DNA of 64,000 bases, from positions 27,320 to 91,319 of the forward strand of contig CADAAM010000001.1 of assembly GCA_902785905.1 (NCBI GenBank). Direction: 5' to 3'. A model generated the notes under the pieces. That model did no database searches. It was not told where the DNA came from and saw nothing but the letters and a program-made list of their open reading frames with translations. This document shows positions 13,525 through 23,715 of the stretch, piece by piece; positions within the stretch are counted from its first letter, which is position 1, and each line of letters starts with the position of its first letter. The position numbers were made by a program, and so were the translations under genes. The stretch is from Oscillospiraceae bacterium (GTDB lineage Bacteria > Bacillota > Clostridia > Oscillospirales > Oscillospiraceae).

Positions 13525-14781
13525 TCACTGCCCGTCCAACATGGCGCTGACCGCCATCATGATGCCGAGCTTGCCGGACTCATAGGTCAATCCGCCCTGC
13601 ATGTAGACCGTGTAGGGCTCGCGGATGGGCCCGTCGGCGGACAGCTCGATGGACGAGCCCTGGATAAACGCACCCGCCGCCATGATGACCTCACAGTCAT
13701 AGCCGGGCATGGCCCAGGGCTCCGGCGTGACATAGGAATCCACCGGCGCGCCCGCCTGGATGCCGAGGCAGAAGCGCTTCATTTTCTCGGGGCTTCCGAG
13801 CCTGACCATCTGGATGATGTCGGAGCGCTCGTCCAGCGCCCCGGGCGAGCTCTCGATCCCGAGCTCATCCATCATGGCCGCGCAGAAGCAGGCGGTTTTC
13901 AAGGCCTGGGCGACGATGTGCGGGGCCATGAAGAGGCCCTGGAACAGCAGGCGGTTATTGCCGAGGGTGGAGCCGCACTCCCCGCCGATGCCCGGCGTGG
14001 TCAGGCGTGCGGCGGCCCGCTCCACAAGCTCCGCCCTGCCCGCGATATAGGCCCCTGTCGGGGCGATACCGCCGCCGGGGTTTTTGATGAGGGAGCCGAC
14101 CACGAGGTCCGCGCCGACATTGCCGGGCTCGACCGTGTCGATAAACTCCCCGTAGCAGTTGTCCACCATGACACGGATGGCGGGGTTGACCGCCTTGACC
14201 GTCTCGACGATTCTGCCGATCTCCCCGACGCCCAGGGCCTTACGGTCCTCATAACCGCGGGAGCGCTGGATCATCACGCCCGCGACGCTCTCGTCCTTCA
14301 CCGCCTCGGCGATGGCGGCATAATCCGGGCCGCCGTCGGGGGCGAGGTCGACCTGGCCGTACCCGATGCCGTAGAACCTGAGGGAGCCGAAGGCGTCGCC
14401 GGAAATGCCGATAGCCGTGCGCAGGGTGTCGTATGGCGTACCGGTGAGGGCGAGGATCTTCTGCCCGGGCCCTGCCAGGGCAAACATCGCCGCCGTCAGC
14501 GCGTGGGTGCCGTTGACAAACTGGATGCGGACCAGCGCCGCCTCCGTGCCGAAGACCTCGGCATAGATTTTGTCCAGCGTCCCGCGGCCCAAATCATCGT
14601 AGCCGTAGCCGGTGGTCCCGGCAAAGCAGGCGTCGGAGACACGGTGGTTCTGAAAGGCTTCCATGACCTTGCGGGTGTTGGCCTCGGCCACCGCGTCGAT
14701 CTCGCGAAAGCGCCCGCTCAGCTTCGCCTCGGCCCGTCTGGCCATGTCATATACTTCGGGCTTTATGTCTGAAATCTTCAT
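13525..14781 (-). CDS. Methionine gamma-lyase family PLP enzyme (YnbB / aluminium-resistance protein family)
   Basis: The N terminus ...FREIDAVAEANTRKVMEAFQNHRVSDACFAGTTGYGYDDLGR is typical of this family. 418 aa. Confidence 0.8.
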   Translation of the reverse strand: MKISDIKPEVYDMARRAEAKLSGRFREIDAVAEANTRKVMEAFQNHRVSDACFAGTTGYGYDDLGRGTLDKIYAEVFGTEAALVRIQFVNGTHALTAAMFALAGPGQKILALTGTPYDTLRTAIGISGDAFGSLRFYGIGYGQVDLAPDGGPDYAAIAEAVKDESVAGVMIQRSRGYEDRKALGVGEIGRIVETVKAVNPAIRVMVDNCYGEFIDTVEPGNVGADLVVGSLIKNPGGGIAPTGAYIAGRAELVERAAARLTTPGIGGECGSTLGNNRLLFQGLFMAPHIVAQALKTACFCAAMMDELGIESSPGALDERSDIIQMVRLGSPEKMKRFCLGIQAGAPVDSYVTPEPWAMPGYDCEVIMAAGAFIQGSSIELSADGPIREPYTVYMQGGLTYESGKLGIMMAVSAMLDGQ

Positions 14782-14783
14782 GC

Positions 14784-16175
14784 TTACTCCGTTTCTTTCA
14801 GTTCCATGACGATGGACTTAAAGTATCTGCCGCGCTCGGCAAAGTTTTTGAAGTGGTCAAAGGACGCGCAGGCCGGGGAAAACAAAACCACATCCCCTGC
14901 CTCCGCAGCGCCTGCCGCCGCAAGGACGGCGGCGCGGAAATCCTCCGCCATCGAAACAGGCAGGCCGCTTTCCGCGTAAAACGCCGACGCGGTGACCGCC
15001 GCGCGGATCTTCTCCGCCGTGTCGCCGGTGAGGAAGAGGGCCTTTGCGTATTGGCACAGGGCGTCGCCCAGCTCGTCAAAGGGAATGTGCTTGTCATAGC
15101 CGCCCGCGATCACAATGGGCTTTACCCGCATGGCGCGCAGGCCCGCGATGGTGCGCGTCGGGCTTGAGCCGATGGAGTCGTTGATATAAGTCACGCCCCG
15201 GACCGTGCGCACGGTCTCCAGCCGGTGCTCCACCCCGGCAAAGCTCCGGGCTACCTCGGCGCAGATCGTATCCGGGACCAGGCCCTCGGTCGCGGCAAAG
15301 GCCGTCAGATAGTTGAGCACGTTGTGCTCGCCGGGAATTCTGATCTCCGTGGCGGGCAGGATCGGCCGCTCCGCGCCGCCGTAAACGCGCGTAAGCACGC
15401 CGCCGCGCAGATAAGTCCCCTCATCCGGGCGCTGACGGTCGGAGAAGTGCGTGACATGCGCGTGGGCAAAGCGCTCAAGGTAGGGCGTATGTTCGTCGTC
15501 GAGGTTCAGGATCAGGCGGTCGTCCGCCGTCTGCCGTAATAGAATTTCGCGCTTGGCGTCGATGTAGTCCTGATAGTCCCTGTGCTTATCCAGATGGTTC
15601 GGCGTGATGTTGGTCACCACCGCGATATCCGGATGGCAGACCATGCTGTGCAGTTGGAAGGAGCTCAGCTCCAGCACCGCGATATCGTCCTTCCCAATGT
15701 CCGGGATCTCGCAAAGCAAGGGATTTCCGATGTTGCCGCCCAGGTGGACACGCCAGCCCGCCGCCTTCAGGAGCTCCGAGATGATGGTGGAGGTCGTCGT
15801 CTTCCCGTCGCTGCCGGTAATTGCGATGACCTTGCAGGGGCAGAGAGAGAGAAAGGCCTCCATCTCCGAGGTGATCTTCGCCCCGCTCGCCCTGGCAGCC
15901 TCAAGGTGCGGATCAAAGGGCATGAGGCCCGGCGTGCGGAAGATAACGTCATGGTCCAGGTGCTCCAGATAGTCCGCTCCCAGCCTGAGCTTTGCACCCA
16001 GAGTCTCGAGCCTGTCGGCCTCCGCGCCCATCTGTTCGCGCGTGCGCATATCGCAGGCGGTCACGTCGCAGCCGTGTCTGAGCAGCAGCTCAATGAGCGG
16101 CAGATTGCTCACGCCGATGCCGACGACCGCGATTTTTTGATTTTTCAGGCTTTCCGCATATTCGGAAAGCGTCAT
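14784..16175 (-). CDS. murD: UDP-N-acetylmuramoylalanine--D-glutamate ligase
   Basis: KIAVVGIGVSN Rossmann start and the Mur ligase P-loop ITGSDGKTTT. The ATG at 16175 is preceded by GGGAG. The ORF track starts at the GTG at 16184. Confidence 0.9.
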   Translation of the reverse strand: MTLSEYAESLKNQKIAVVGIGVSNLPLIELLLRHGCDVTACDMRTREQMGAEADRLETLGAKLRLGADYLEHLDHDVIFRTPGLMPFDPHLEAARASGAKITSEMEAFLSLCPCKVIAITGSDGKTTTSTIISELLKAAGWRVHLGGNIGNPLLCEIPDIGKDDIAVLELSSFQLHSMVCHPDIAVVTNITPNHLDKHRDYQDYIDAKREILLRQTADDRLILNLDDEHTPYLERFAHAHVTHFSDRQRPDEGTYLRGGVLTRVYGGAERPILPATEIRIPGEHNVLNYLTAFAATEGLVPDTICAEVARSFAGVEHRLETVRTVRGVTYINDSIGSSPTRTIAGLRAMRVKPIVIAGGYDKHIPFDELGDALCQYAKALFLTGDTAEKIRAAVTASAFYAESGLPVSMAEDFRAAVLAAAGAAEAGDVVLFSPACASFDHFKNFAERGRYFKSIVMELKETE

Positions 16176-16289
16176 GTCGACCACTCCCTATTGTATTCTA
16201 ACTATATTAGTATAGCGCTGTTTGCGCATTATGACAAGAAAAATTGTTGACTTGTCCGGCCAAGCTGAGTAAAATAGAGGGCATGAGTC

Positions 16290-16600
16290 GGCCGAACGAC
16301 CGCGGGCACAGGGCGAAAGCCCGTGCGTGAGGAAAGTCCGGGCTCCGCAGGGCAAGGATAACGGGTAACGCCCGCCAGGGGTGACCCTCGGACAAGTGCA
16401 ACAGAAATAGTCAGCCGGGAACTCTCCCGGTCAAGGTGGAAAGGTGGGGTAAGAGCCCACCCGTCGCATGGAGACATGTGGACGCTGTAAACTCTATCCG
16501 GAGCAACACCGTGGTACGGGGACACAGAGGCCGGCCCGGCCGTCCCCAGGAGGTGGCTTGATCCCGTCGGCAACGGCGGGACTAGATAGATGGTCGTTTC
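16290..16600 (+). ncRNA. rnpB: RNase P RNA (bacterial); ends are approximate
   Basis: The universally conserved GAGGAAAGUCCGGGCUCC is at 16329-16346, and GUGCAACAGAAA and GGGUAAGAGCCCACC blocks are present. The 5' gaacgacc can pair with the 3' ggtcgttt as P1. A terminator follows immediately. Confidence 0.85.
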
Positions 16601-16604
16601 AGCA

Positions 16605-16641
16605 GCGCAGATCCCAAAGCCAGGATCTGCGCTGTTTTTTT
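16605..16641 (+). terminator. Rho-independent terminator after rnpB
   Basis: Stem gcgcagatcc / ggatctgcgc followed by T7. Confidence 0.7.
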
Positions 16642-16651
16642 GTTTGATCGC

Positions 16652-18346
16652 TTATTCGTGATGGCCGTGCAGGGGGTAGTGGATGTGCAGCAGCTCATGG
16701 GCACGGCCCTTGAGCAGACTGTCGTAAACGTATTCCAGGGCCGGGTTCTGCTGCGGGATCTTGAGCTCGCAGGCATCGTCCGCCTTGAAGATGGCCTCGA
16801 AGCGCTCGCGCTTGCGGGCGTTGGAGGCGGGGGGCTGTCCGCCGCCGCCGATGCAGCCGTTCGGGCAGGCCATGACCTCGACAAAGTCAAAATACTCCTC
16901 CCCGCTCTCGATCTTCTCGATCAGCTTGTCCGCGTTGCCGAGGCCGTTGGCCACGGCGATCTTGATGGTCAGATCGCCCGCGGTGACAGCAAAGGCCTTA
17001 ATACCCTCGAGGCCGCGCACGCCGCACTCGGCGATGGTCTTGAGGGTGTCGGGCGACGCATCGTCCAGGACGCGGCGGATGACGGCTTCGGTCACGCCGC
17101 CGGTGACGCCGAAGATGACGCCCGCGCCGGTGTAGTCGCCGAGGGGGCTGTCCGGCTCGGAGTCGGGCAGGTTTTTAAAGTCGATACCGGCGGCCTTGAT
17201 GAGGCGGGCCAGCTCGTCCGTGGTGAGGACGAGGTCGATGAGGCGCTTGCCGTCCTTTACCAGCTCGGGGCGCTGGGCCTCGAACTTCTTGGCGGTGCAG
17301 GGCATGATCGCGACGGAGTAGACGTCCTCATCCTTGAACTGCTGGCGGATGAGCGCGCCGAACATCTCCATGGGGCTGCCGCAGGTGGAGACCTGGGGCA
17401 TCAGCTCGGGATGCGCCTTCTCGACATGCTGGATCCAGCCGGGGCAGCAGGAGGTAAACATGGGGAGCTTCGCGCCGGACTTGACCTTCTCGAGGAACTC
17501 CGCGCTCTCCTCCATGATGGTGAGGTCGGCGGTGAGGTTGGTGTCGTACACCACGTCGACGCCGAGGCGTCTGAGGGCGGTGACCAGCTTGCCGGTGACA
17601 GGAACGTTTGCGGGCATGCCGAACTCCTCGGCAAGGCCGACGCGGACGCTGGGCGCGTACTGAACGACCACGCGCTTGCCGGGGTCGTTGAGCATCTTCC
17701 ACATCTCGGGGATCTGGCGGTTGATGACGATGGCGCCGGTGGGACATACCGCCGCGCACTGGCCGCAGCCGACGCAGCCGGTCTCGCTGAGCATCTTGCC
17801 GAAGCCGGGGGCCACGACGGCCTTCTTGCCGCGCTTGGTGAAATCGATGGCGCCGATATTCTGCACCTCGGAGCACATGCGCACGCACAGGCCGCAGAGA
17901 ATGCACTTGGAGGGATCGCGCGTGATGCAGGGAGAGGAGACGTCCAGTCTCTCGTGGGAGTAGGTGTTCTCGCTGAAGCGCGGCTCCACCACGTTGTAGC
18001 GGTGGGCGTACTCCTGAAGCTTGCAGCGGCCGCTCTGCTCACAGGTCAGGCATTCGGCCCGGTGGCTGTTCATCAGGAGCTGGAGGGTGGTGTGGCGGCT
18101 CTCCAGGACCTTTTTGGAGTGGGTGTAGACCACGAGGCCGTTTCTCGGCTGCATGGAGCAGGCCGCGTCCAGTGCGCCGCGCTCGTTTTCCACCAGGCAA
18201 AGACGGCAGCCGCCATAGATGGAGAGGTTCTCGCAGTAGCACAGCGAGGGGATATCAATGCCGTTGTTGCGCGCGACCTCAAGGACGTTGCGCTCGTTGG
18301 TAAACGAACATTCGATGCCGTCGATGATCATTTTCTTGTCAGCCAT
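16652..18346 (-). CDS. hydA: [FeFe]-hydrogenase catalytic subunit (HydA/HndD type)
   Basis: N-terminal 2Fe-2S and 4Fe-4S cysteine clusters. H-cluster motifs FTSCCPGW, MPCTAKKFE and EVMACPNGCIGGGGQP. Confidence 0.9.
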   Translation of the reverse strand: MADKKMIIDGIECSFTNERNVLEVARNNGIDIPSLCYCENLSIYGGCRLCLVENERGALDAACSMQPRNGLVVYTHSKKVLESRHTTLQLLMNSHRAECLTCEQSGRCKLQEYAHRYNVVEPRFSENTYSHERLDVSSPCITRDPSKCILCGLCVRMCSEVQNIGAIDFTKRGKKAVVAPGFGKMLSETGCVGCGQCAAVCPTGAIVINRQIPEMWKMLNDPGKRVVVQYAPSVRVGLAEEFGMPANVPVTGKLVTALRRLGVDVVYDTNLTADLTIMEESAEFLEKVKSGAKLPMFTSCCPGWIQHVEKAHPELMPQVSTCGSPMEMFGALIRQQFKDEDVYSVAIMPCTAKKFEAQRPELVKDGKRLIDLVLTTDELARLIKAAGIDFKNLPDSEPDSPLGDYTGAGVIFGVTGGVTEAVIRRVLDDASPDTLKTIAECGVRGLEGIKAFAVTAGDLTIKIAVANGLGNADKLIEKIESGEEYFDFVEVMACPNGCIGGGGQPPASNARKRERFEAIFKADDACELKIPQQNPALEYVYDSLLKGRAHELLHIHYPLHGHHE

Positions 18347-18349
18347 GCT

Positions 18350-20233
18350 TTAACCCTCCTTGATGGCGCCGACCGGGCAGTTGGCCTTGCAGGTGCCGCA
18401 CTTGATGCACTTGGTGGCGTCGATTTCATGCTTGTGGCGCGGCATGCCGGTGATCGCGTCCACCGGGCAGTTGCGCGCGCAGCGGGTGCAGCCGATGCAC
18501 TTGTCCGTGATGACGTACTGGGCCAGGGCTTTGCACGCGCCGCAGCGGCAGCGCTTGTCGCGGATATGCTCGATATACTCCTCCTCGAAGTTCTGCAGGG
18601 TGGACAGGACGGGATTCGGGGCCGTCTTGCCGAGGCCGCAGAGAGAGGAGACCTGGATCATCTTGGCGAGGCTTCTGAGCTCGTCGATATCGCTCATCCT
18701 GCCCTTGCCGACGGTGATGCGCTTGAGGATCTCGTTCATGCGGGTGGTGCCCTCACGGCAGGGTGTGCACTTGCCGCAGGATTCCTCGCAGATGAAGTTC
18801 ATAAAGAACTGGGCGATGTTGACCATGCAGCTGTCCTCGTCCATGACGACGAGACCGCCGGAGCCGATGATCGCGCCGACCTTCTTGAGGGAGTCAAAGT
18901 CCATGGGGAGATCGAGGTGCTCCTCGGTGAGACATCCGCCGGAGGGGCCGCCGATCTGGACGGCCTTGAACTTCTTGCCGTTCTTGATGCCGCCGCCGAT
19001 GTCATAGACGACCTCACGCAGGGTGGTGCCCATGGGGACCTCGATGAGGCCGGTGTTGACCACATTGCCGGTCAGCGCGAAGGCCTTGGTACCGGGGCTG
19101 CCGTCGGTGCCGACGGAGCGGAACCAGGCCGCGCCCTTGTTGATGATGTCGGGGACGTTGGCAAAGGTCTCGACGTTGTTGAGACATGTCGGCTTGCCGA
19201 ACAGGCCCTTGTCGACGCTGCGCGGGGGCTTGGTGCGCGGCATGCCGCGGTTGCCCTCGATGGAGGCGGTCATGGCAGAGCCCTCGCCGCAGACGAAGGC
19301 GCCGGCGCCCTTGTTGATGTGCATGTGGAAGCTCTTGCCGCTGCCGAGGATGTTGTCGCCGATGATGCCGTATTCCTCAGCCTGCTTGATGGCGATGGAC
19401 AGGCGGGAGACGGCCAGCGGGTACTCCGCGCGGACATAGATGTAGCCCTCGGTGGAGCCGGTGGCAACGCCCGCAATGATCATGCCCTCAAGGATCTTGT
19501 GGGGGTCGCCCTCCATGCAGGAGCGGTCCATGAACGCGCCGGGGTCGCCCTCGTCGCCGTTGCAGACGATGAACTTGACAGGCTCCTCGGTGTGCGCCGC
19601 GACCTGGGCCCACTTCTTGCCGGTCGGGAAGCCCGCGCCGCCGCGGCCGCGAAGGCCGGAGTCGCTGACCTCCTGGATGACCTCTTCCCCGCTCATCTCG
19701 AACAGGGCCTTGGCCAGGGCCGAATAGCCGCCGATGGAGAAGTACTCCTCGATGCTCTCGGCGTCGATGTGGCCGCAGTGCTCGAGCACACGGCGGGTCT
19801 GCTTCTTGTAGAAGGGGATGTCCTCCTGCCGTTTGTAGAGCTGGCCGTTCTGGTGGTAGCCCAGGCGCTCGATAAACTCGCCGCCGATGACGGTCTTCTC
19901 CACGATCTCGGCCACGTCCTCGGCGTGGACTTTGGTGTACAGCCAGCCTTCCGGCTCGATACGGACCAGGGGGCCCATCTCGCAGAAGCCGTGGCAGCCG
20001 GACTTTTTGATGCCGGTGGCGTCGCTGCCGCAGCTGTCATTCAGGCTGAGCTCGAAGGCCGCGCCGTGCTCGGCCATCTGCTTTTTCAGCTCCTCATACA
20101 CGGCGAGGTTGCCGCCCGCCGCGCAGCCCGTGCCGCAGCAGACCAGCACCTTGCGCTTCTCATGGCCGCGCGCCTCAATGAATTTGCCCTGCAGGGCGCG
20201 GAAGCTTTCCAGATTTTCGATTCTCTCACGCAT
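18350..20233 (-). CDS. hydB: NuoF-like flavoprotein subunit of bifurcating-type hydrogenase (HydB/HndC)
   Basis: GGAGFPTGKKW FMN/NAD(H) motif and two C-terminal CxxCxxCxxxCP ferredoxin motifs. 627 aa. Confidence 0.9.
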   Translation of the reverse strand: MRERIENLESFRALQGKFIEARGHEKRKVLVCCGTGCAAGGNLAVYEELKKQMAEHGAAFELSLNDSCGSDATGIKKSGCHGFCEMGPLVRIEPEGWLYTKVHAEDVAEIVEKTVIGGEFIERLGYHQNGQLYKRQEDIPFYKKQTRRVLEHCGHIDAESIEEYFSIGGYSALAKALFEMSGEEVIQEVSDSGLRGRGGAGFPTGKKWAQVAAHTEEPVKFIVCNGDEGDPGAFMDRSCMEGDPHKILEGMIIAGVATGSTEGYIYVRAEYPLAVSRLSIAIKQAEEYGIIGDNILGSGKSFHMHINKGAGAFVCGEGSAMTASIEGNRGMPRTKPPRSVDKGLFGKPTCLNNVETFANVPDIINKGAAWFRSVGTDGSPGTKAFALTGNVVNTGLIEVPMGTTLREVVYDIGGGIKNGKKFKAVQIGGPSGGCLTEEHLDLPMDFDSLKKVGAIIGSGGLVVMDEDSCMVNIAQFFMNFICEESCGKCTPCREGTTRMNEILKRITVGKGRMSDIDELRSLAKMIQVSSLCGLGKTAPNPVLSTLQNFEEEYIEHIRDKRCRCGACKALAQYVITDKCIGCTRCARNCPVDAITGMPRHKHEIDATKCIKCGTCKANCPVGAIKEG

Positions 20234-20237
20234 CGGT

Positions 20238-20711
20238 TCAGGCCTCCCCTCTGAGCTGTTCGACCAGCGCCCGTGCCTTCTCCGGCGTCATGGCGGCATG
20301 GACGGTGTCGTTGACCATGACGACGGGACTCAAACCGCATGCGCCGAGGCAGGAGACGATCTCCAGCGTGAACAGTCCGTCGTCCGAATTGGGCTTGTGT
20401 TCGTTGGTGCCGGTGGCGTCATACAGGGCCTGCAGCACGTTGCTGCTCTTGCGGACATGGCAGGCCGTGCCGCGGCAGACCTTCACGACATACTTGCCCT
20501 TGGCGTCCAGTGAGAAGTTGCCGTAGAACGTCGCCACGCCGTAGAGCTTTGACTCACTCATGCCGACCTTCCTGGCGATGTACTCCAGCGCGTCCTGCGG
20601 CAGGTAGCGGTATCTCTCCTGCACATCCTGCATGATGGCAATGATCTTGGTCTTGTCACTGCCGTATTTCTCCAGGATGGAGTCTATGAACTTCAGATCC
20701 AGGGTTTCCAA
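20238..20711 (-). CDS. hydC: NuoE-like [2Fe-2S] subunit of hydrogenase (HydC/HndA)
   Basis: CRGTACHVR ... CLGACGLSPVVMV thioredoxin-like 2Fe-2S motif. The start is provisionally set at the TTG at 20711 (AGAAGGGA upstream), giving about 157 aa. The 237-aa ORF in the track has no credible N-terminal extension. Confidence 0.8.
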   Translation of the reverse strand: METLDLKFIDSILEKYGSDKTKIIAIMQDVQERYRYLPQDALEYIARKVGMSESKLYGVATFYGNFSLDAKGKYVVKVCRGTACHVRKSSNVLQALYDATGTNEHKPNSDDGLFTLEIVSCLGACGLSPVVMVNDTVHAAMTPEKARALVEQLRGEA

Positions 20712-21070
20712 AGTGATCTCGTCCCTTCTATCGTGTTTTCTTGTCTGTTTCTTTACAAACAAGTCCACTTTGATTATACCTTTTTCGGCGAAAATATCAA
20801 GCGCAAATTGACAATATTCTGACGATTTGTCGCTTTCTCCAGTTTTCCGCGAAAGCGTGCCGAAAGCCCGCAAGGCAATTGACAGATTCGACAAGCCGGG
20901 GTATACTGCCGCTGTCCGAACCGTGAGGAGCGCTTGCGGTGAGGCAAGCAATATTTACTGACGCCGAAACAAAGCTTGAGGCGGAAGGCAAGCAAAACGG
21001 GCGGCATTTCGCTGTTCGCTGTCGGCCACGCCTTCCGGCGTGGTTTTTGTTTTGACGGGAAAGGAAATCT

Positions 21071-21325
21071 ATGGATTCACGCATTGCCGCCGTCTCCATC
21101 CTTGTGGAGGAGCCGGGCTCCGTGGAGGCGCTCAACAGTCTTCTCCACGAGTATTCGGCCTATATTCTGGGCCGTATGGGCATACCCTATCGGGAGAAGG
21201 GCGTCAGCATCATCTGTCTGAGCCTGGACGCCCCCGTGGATGTCATCAACGCCCTGACCGGAAAGATCGGCCGGCTCAAGGGCGTCAGCGCAAAGGCCGT
21301 GTATTCCCGCGGCCAGAACAATTGA
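21071..21325 (+). CDS. TM1266-family putative iron-only hydrogenase system regulator (ACT-like, 84 aa)
   Basis: The sequence SRIAAVSILVEEPGSVEALNSLLHEYSAYILGRMGIPYREKGVSIICLSLDAPVDVINALTGKIGRLKGVSAKAV closely parallels the remembered Thermotoga TM1266 sequence. It is divergent from hydCBA. Confidence 0.7.
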   Translation: MDSRIAAVSILVEEPGSVEALNSLLHEYSAYILGRMGIPYREKGVSIICLSLDAPVDVINALTGKIGRLKGVSAKAVYSRGQNN

Positions 21326-21339
21326 AAGGAGAATACCCC

Positions 21340-22280
21340 ATGAGAACCATGAAGAAAACCGTATCATCCCTTTTGACCCTCTGCCTTGTCCTGCTCGTCT
21401 GCCTGTCGGCGACCGCCTGCGCGGACGCGGCCATCGACAAGGATTTGCCCGTGCGCGTCTGGACGCTCAACGGCACCACCGGCTTCGGCATGGCCGGTCT
21501 GATCGCCGACGCCAACGACGGCAAGGCCGCGCTCAATTACAGCTTTTCCGTTGAGAGCGATCCCTCCGTCGTCACCGCCGCCCTGGTGAGCGGGGACTGC
21601 GATATCGCCGCCCTGCCGACCAACGCCGCCGCGGCCCTCTACAACAAGACCAAGGGTCAGGTGCAGGTGCTGGCCCTCAACACCCGGGGCGTCCTGTATC
21701 TCGTGACGGACGGCAGGGAGAAGATCGAAAGCATCTCCGATCTCAACGGCAAGACGGTTTACGCCCCGGCGCAGAACCCCAGCTTCATTTTTGCCGCGCT
21801 CTGCAGCAAGTACGGCATACCGCCGTCGCCGCCGGGAAGGTCAGCCTTGCTATTCTGCCCGAACCGATGGTGACGGTGGCGAAGAGCCAGAATCAGGATC
21901 TCGTTGTCGCCCTCGACCTCACCGCGGAGTGGGACAAGGTCATGGAGCCCGGCAGCCTCGTGCAGGGCTGCGTTGTCGTGCGTCGGGAATTTGCGGAAAA
22001 GCACCCTGCGGAGCTCAAGCAGTTCCTCGCCGACTATGAGGTGTCCGTCAAGCTGCTGAGCGACGACGCGCAGGCTGCCGCCGCGAAGATCGAGGCCTCC
22101 GGCATCTTTGCCAATGCCGCCGTTGCCGCCAAGGCCATCCCCAACTGCAACGTCTGCTTCGTCACCGGCGAGGATATGCAGCGTGATCTCGGCGCGTTCC
22201 TGGAAATCATGTTCGAGAAGACTCCCCAGTCCGTCGGCGGTGCCGTCCCCGGGGATGATTTCTACTGCGTGCTGAAATGA
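21340..22280 (+). pseudogene. ABC transporter substrate-binding lipoprotein (NMT1/NitT-TauT-like), interrupted by a frameshift near 21815-21835
   Basis: Signal peptide and lipobox (LSATAC). The N-terminal half reads in the frame of ORF 21040..21873 and the C-terminal half (..AVAAGKVSLAILPEPMVTVAK...) in the frame of ORF 21867..22280. The joint appears to lack part of the expected linker. Confidence 0.65.
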
Positions 22281-23041
22281 GTCCCGCAGCCAAAAAGGCC
22301 CTCGCCAAAACCGGCGCGGGCCTCTTCTGGATACTGCTGTGGGCACTGCTGGCGCATCTCGTCGGGCAGAAGCTGCTGCTCCCCTCTCCTCTGCTGGTCG
22401 TCAAAACTCTGCTGAGCCTGGCGTCCGGTGCGGACTTCTGGCTCACACTGCTGAACAGTCTGGCGCGTATTTTAAGCGGGATGCTCGCGGGGACGCTGCT
22501 CGGCGTGGTACTGGCCGTTTTGACGCACGGCAGCGCCGTTTGCCGGACTATCATCGCGCCCTTTATGAGTCTTGTCAAGAGCACGCCCGTGGCCTCCTTC
22601 ATCATCCTCGCCCTGATCTGGCTCGGGCGCGGCGTGGTGCCTCTGTTTATCACGGCCCTGATGGTCATGCCCGTGGTCTGGGCCAATGTGTCGGAGGGAC
22701 TTCGCGCGCAGGACGAAAAGCTCCTCGAGGTCGCGCGCGTCTTTCATCTGCCGCGACGCCGCGTGTTTTTCTCGCTCACGCTGCCGACGGTGCTGCCCTA
22801 TTTCCGCTCGGCCCTGTGCTCTGCCCTCGGCCTCGGCTGGAAGGCTGGGGTGGCAGCCGAGGTGCTGACCGTGCCGCAGCGCTCCGTCGGGCGCATGATC
22901 TATGAGTCCAAGCTCTATCTCGAGACGCCGGAGCTCTTTGCCTGGACCGTGACCGTCATCGCTGTGAGCTTTCTGATCGAGCGGCTGCTGCTGCGCCTGG
23001 TATCGGGCCTCTGGCGAAAGGGGGACGACGAACATGCTTGA
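22277..23041 (+). CDS. ABC transporter permease (NitT/TauT family-like)
   Basis: 254 aa with six hydrophobic segments and an EAA-like loop. Start and stop overlap the neighbouring genes. Confidence 0.85.
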   Translation: MSPAAKKALAKTGAGLFWILLWALLAHLVGQKLLLPSPLLVVKTLLSLASGADFWLTLLNSLARILSGMLAGTLLGVVLAVLTHGSAVCRTIIAPFMSLVKSTPVASFIILALIWLGRGVVPLFITALMVMPVVWANVSEGLRAQDEKLLEVARVFHLPRRRVFFSLTLPTVLPYFRSALCSALGLGWKAGVAAEVLTVPQRSVGRMIYESKLYLETPELFAWTVTVIAVSFLIERLLLRLVSGLWRKGDDEHA

Positions 23042-23630
23042 CCTTCAAAACGTGGGCGTCTGCTTCGGGGTCAAAAGCGTGCTGAACGGCTGCACGCTCT
23101 CCCTCGCTCCCCATGAGCGCATCGCCCTGATGGGGCCCTCCGGCTGCGGGAAGACCACGCTGCTGCGCACAGCTCTCGGGCTGCAGGACCCGGACAGCGG
23201 CGCCGTAACGAATACGTTTTCCCGCCCAGCCGCCGTTTTTCAGGAGGATCGCCTCTTTCCCTGGCTCACGGCAGTGGAAAATATCAACCTCGTGCTGTCG
23301 GGAAAGGCCGAGACTATATCCGAAGCCAGGCACTGGCTGGAACGTCTGGAGCTCGGCGACGCCGGAGAGCTGTACCCCTGCGAGCTCTCCGGCGGCATGC
23401 GGCAGCGCATTGCCATTGCCCGCGCCCTCTGCGTCAGACCCGATCTGCTGGTTCTGGACGAGCCGTTAAAGCAGCTCGACGCCGCGCTTCAAGCACGGGT
23501 CTCCGCTCTGATTTCAGAAGCCTGCCGGGAATGTGCGCTCCTCCTCGCCACGCACAGCGAAGAGGAGGCGAAAGCTCTCGGCTGCCGCATTTATCTTTGC
23601 CGAGACGGCACGTTTTATCCCGAAACCTGA
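23034..23630 (+). CDS. ABC transporter ATP-binding protein (short, 198 aa)
   Basis: Walker A GPSGCGKTT, signature LSGGMRQR and Walker B LLVLDEP. Confidence 0.85.
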   Translation: MLDLQNVGVCFGVKSVLNGCTLSLAPHERIALMGPSGCGKTTLLRTALGLQDPDSGAVTNTFSRPAAVFQEDRLFPWLTAVENINLVLSGKAETISEARHWLERLELGDAGELYPCELSGGMRQRIAIARALCVRPDLLVLDEPLKQLDAALQARVSALISEACRECALLLATHSEEEAKALGCRIYLCRDGTFYPET

Positions 23631-23644
23631 TACTCCAGTCAAGG

Positions 23645-23683
23645 AACCGGAGCGGCAAAGCCTGATCGCCGTTCCGGTTTTTT
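23645..23683 (+). terminator. Rho-independent terminator
   Basis: 12-bp stem aaccggagcggc / gcgccgttccggtt running into T6. Confidence 0.6.
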
Positions 23684-23715
23684 CACGAGTTTTCATATAA
23701 TATGTACGGAAAGTC

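Noticed and set aside
16640-20254. 1204-aa plus-strand ORF spanning the whole hydrogenase region
   Set aside because: It is antisense to hydA/hydB, which carry unmistakable H-cluster and NuoF motifs. Its translation is Ala/Gly/Asp/Leu/His-rich with no recognisable domain. This is the typical shadow ORF of GC-rich DNA.
20712-20951. 80-codon N-terminal extension of the hydC ORF in the track
   Set aside because: NuoE/HydC-type subunits are about 160 aa. The extension contains promoter-like sequence (TATAAT) and no conserved residues. The TTG at 20711 with an upstream purine-rich RBS gives the expected size.
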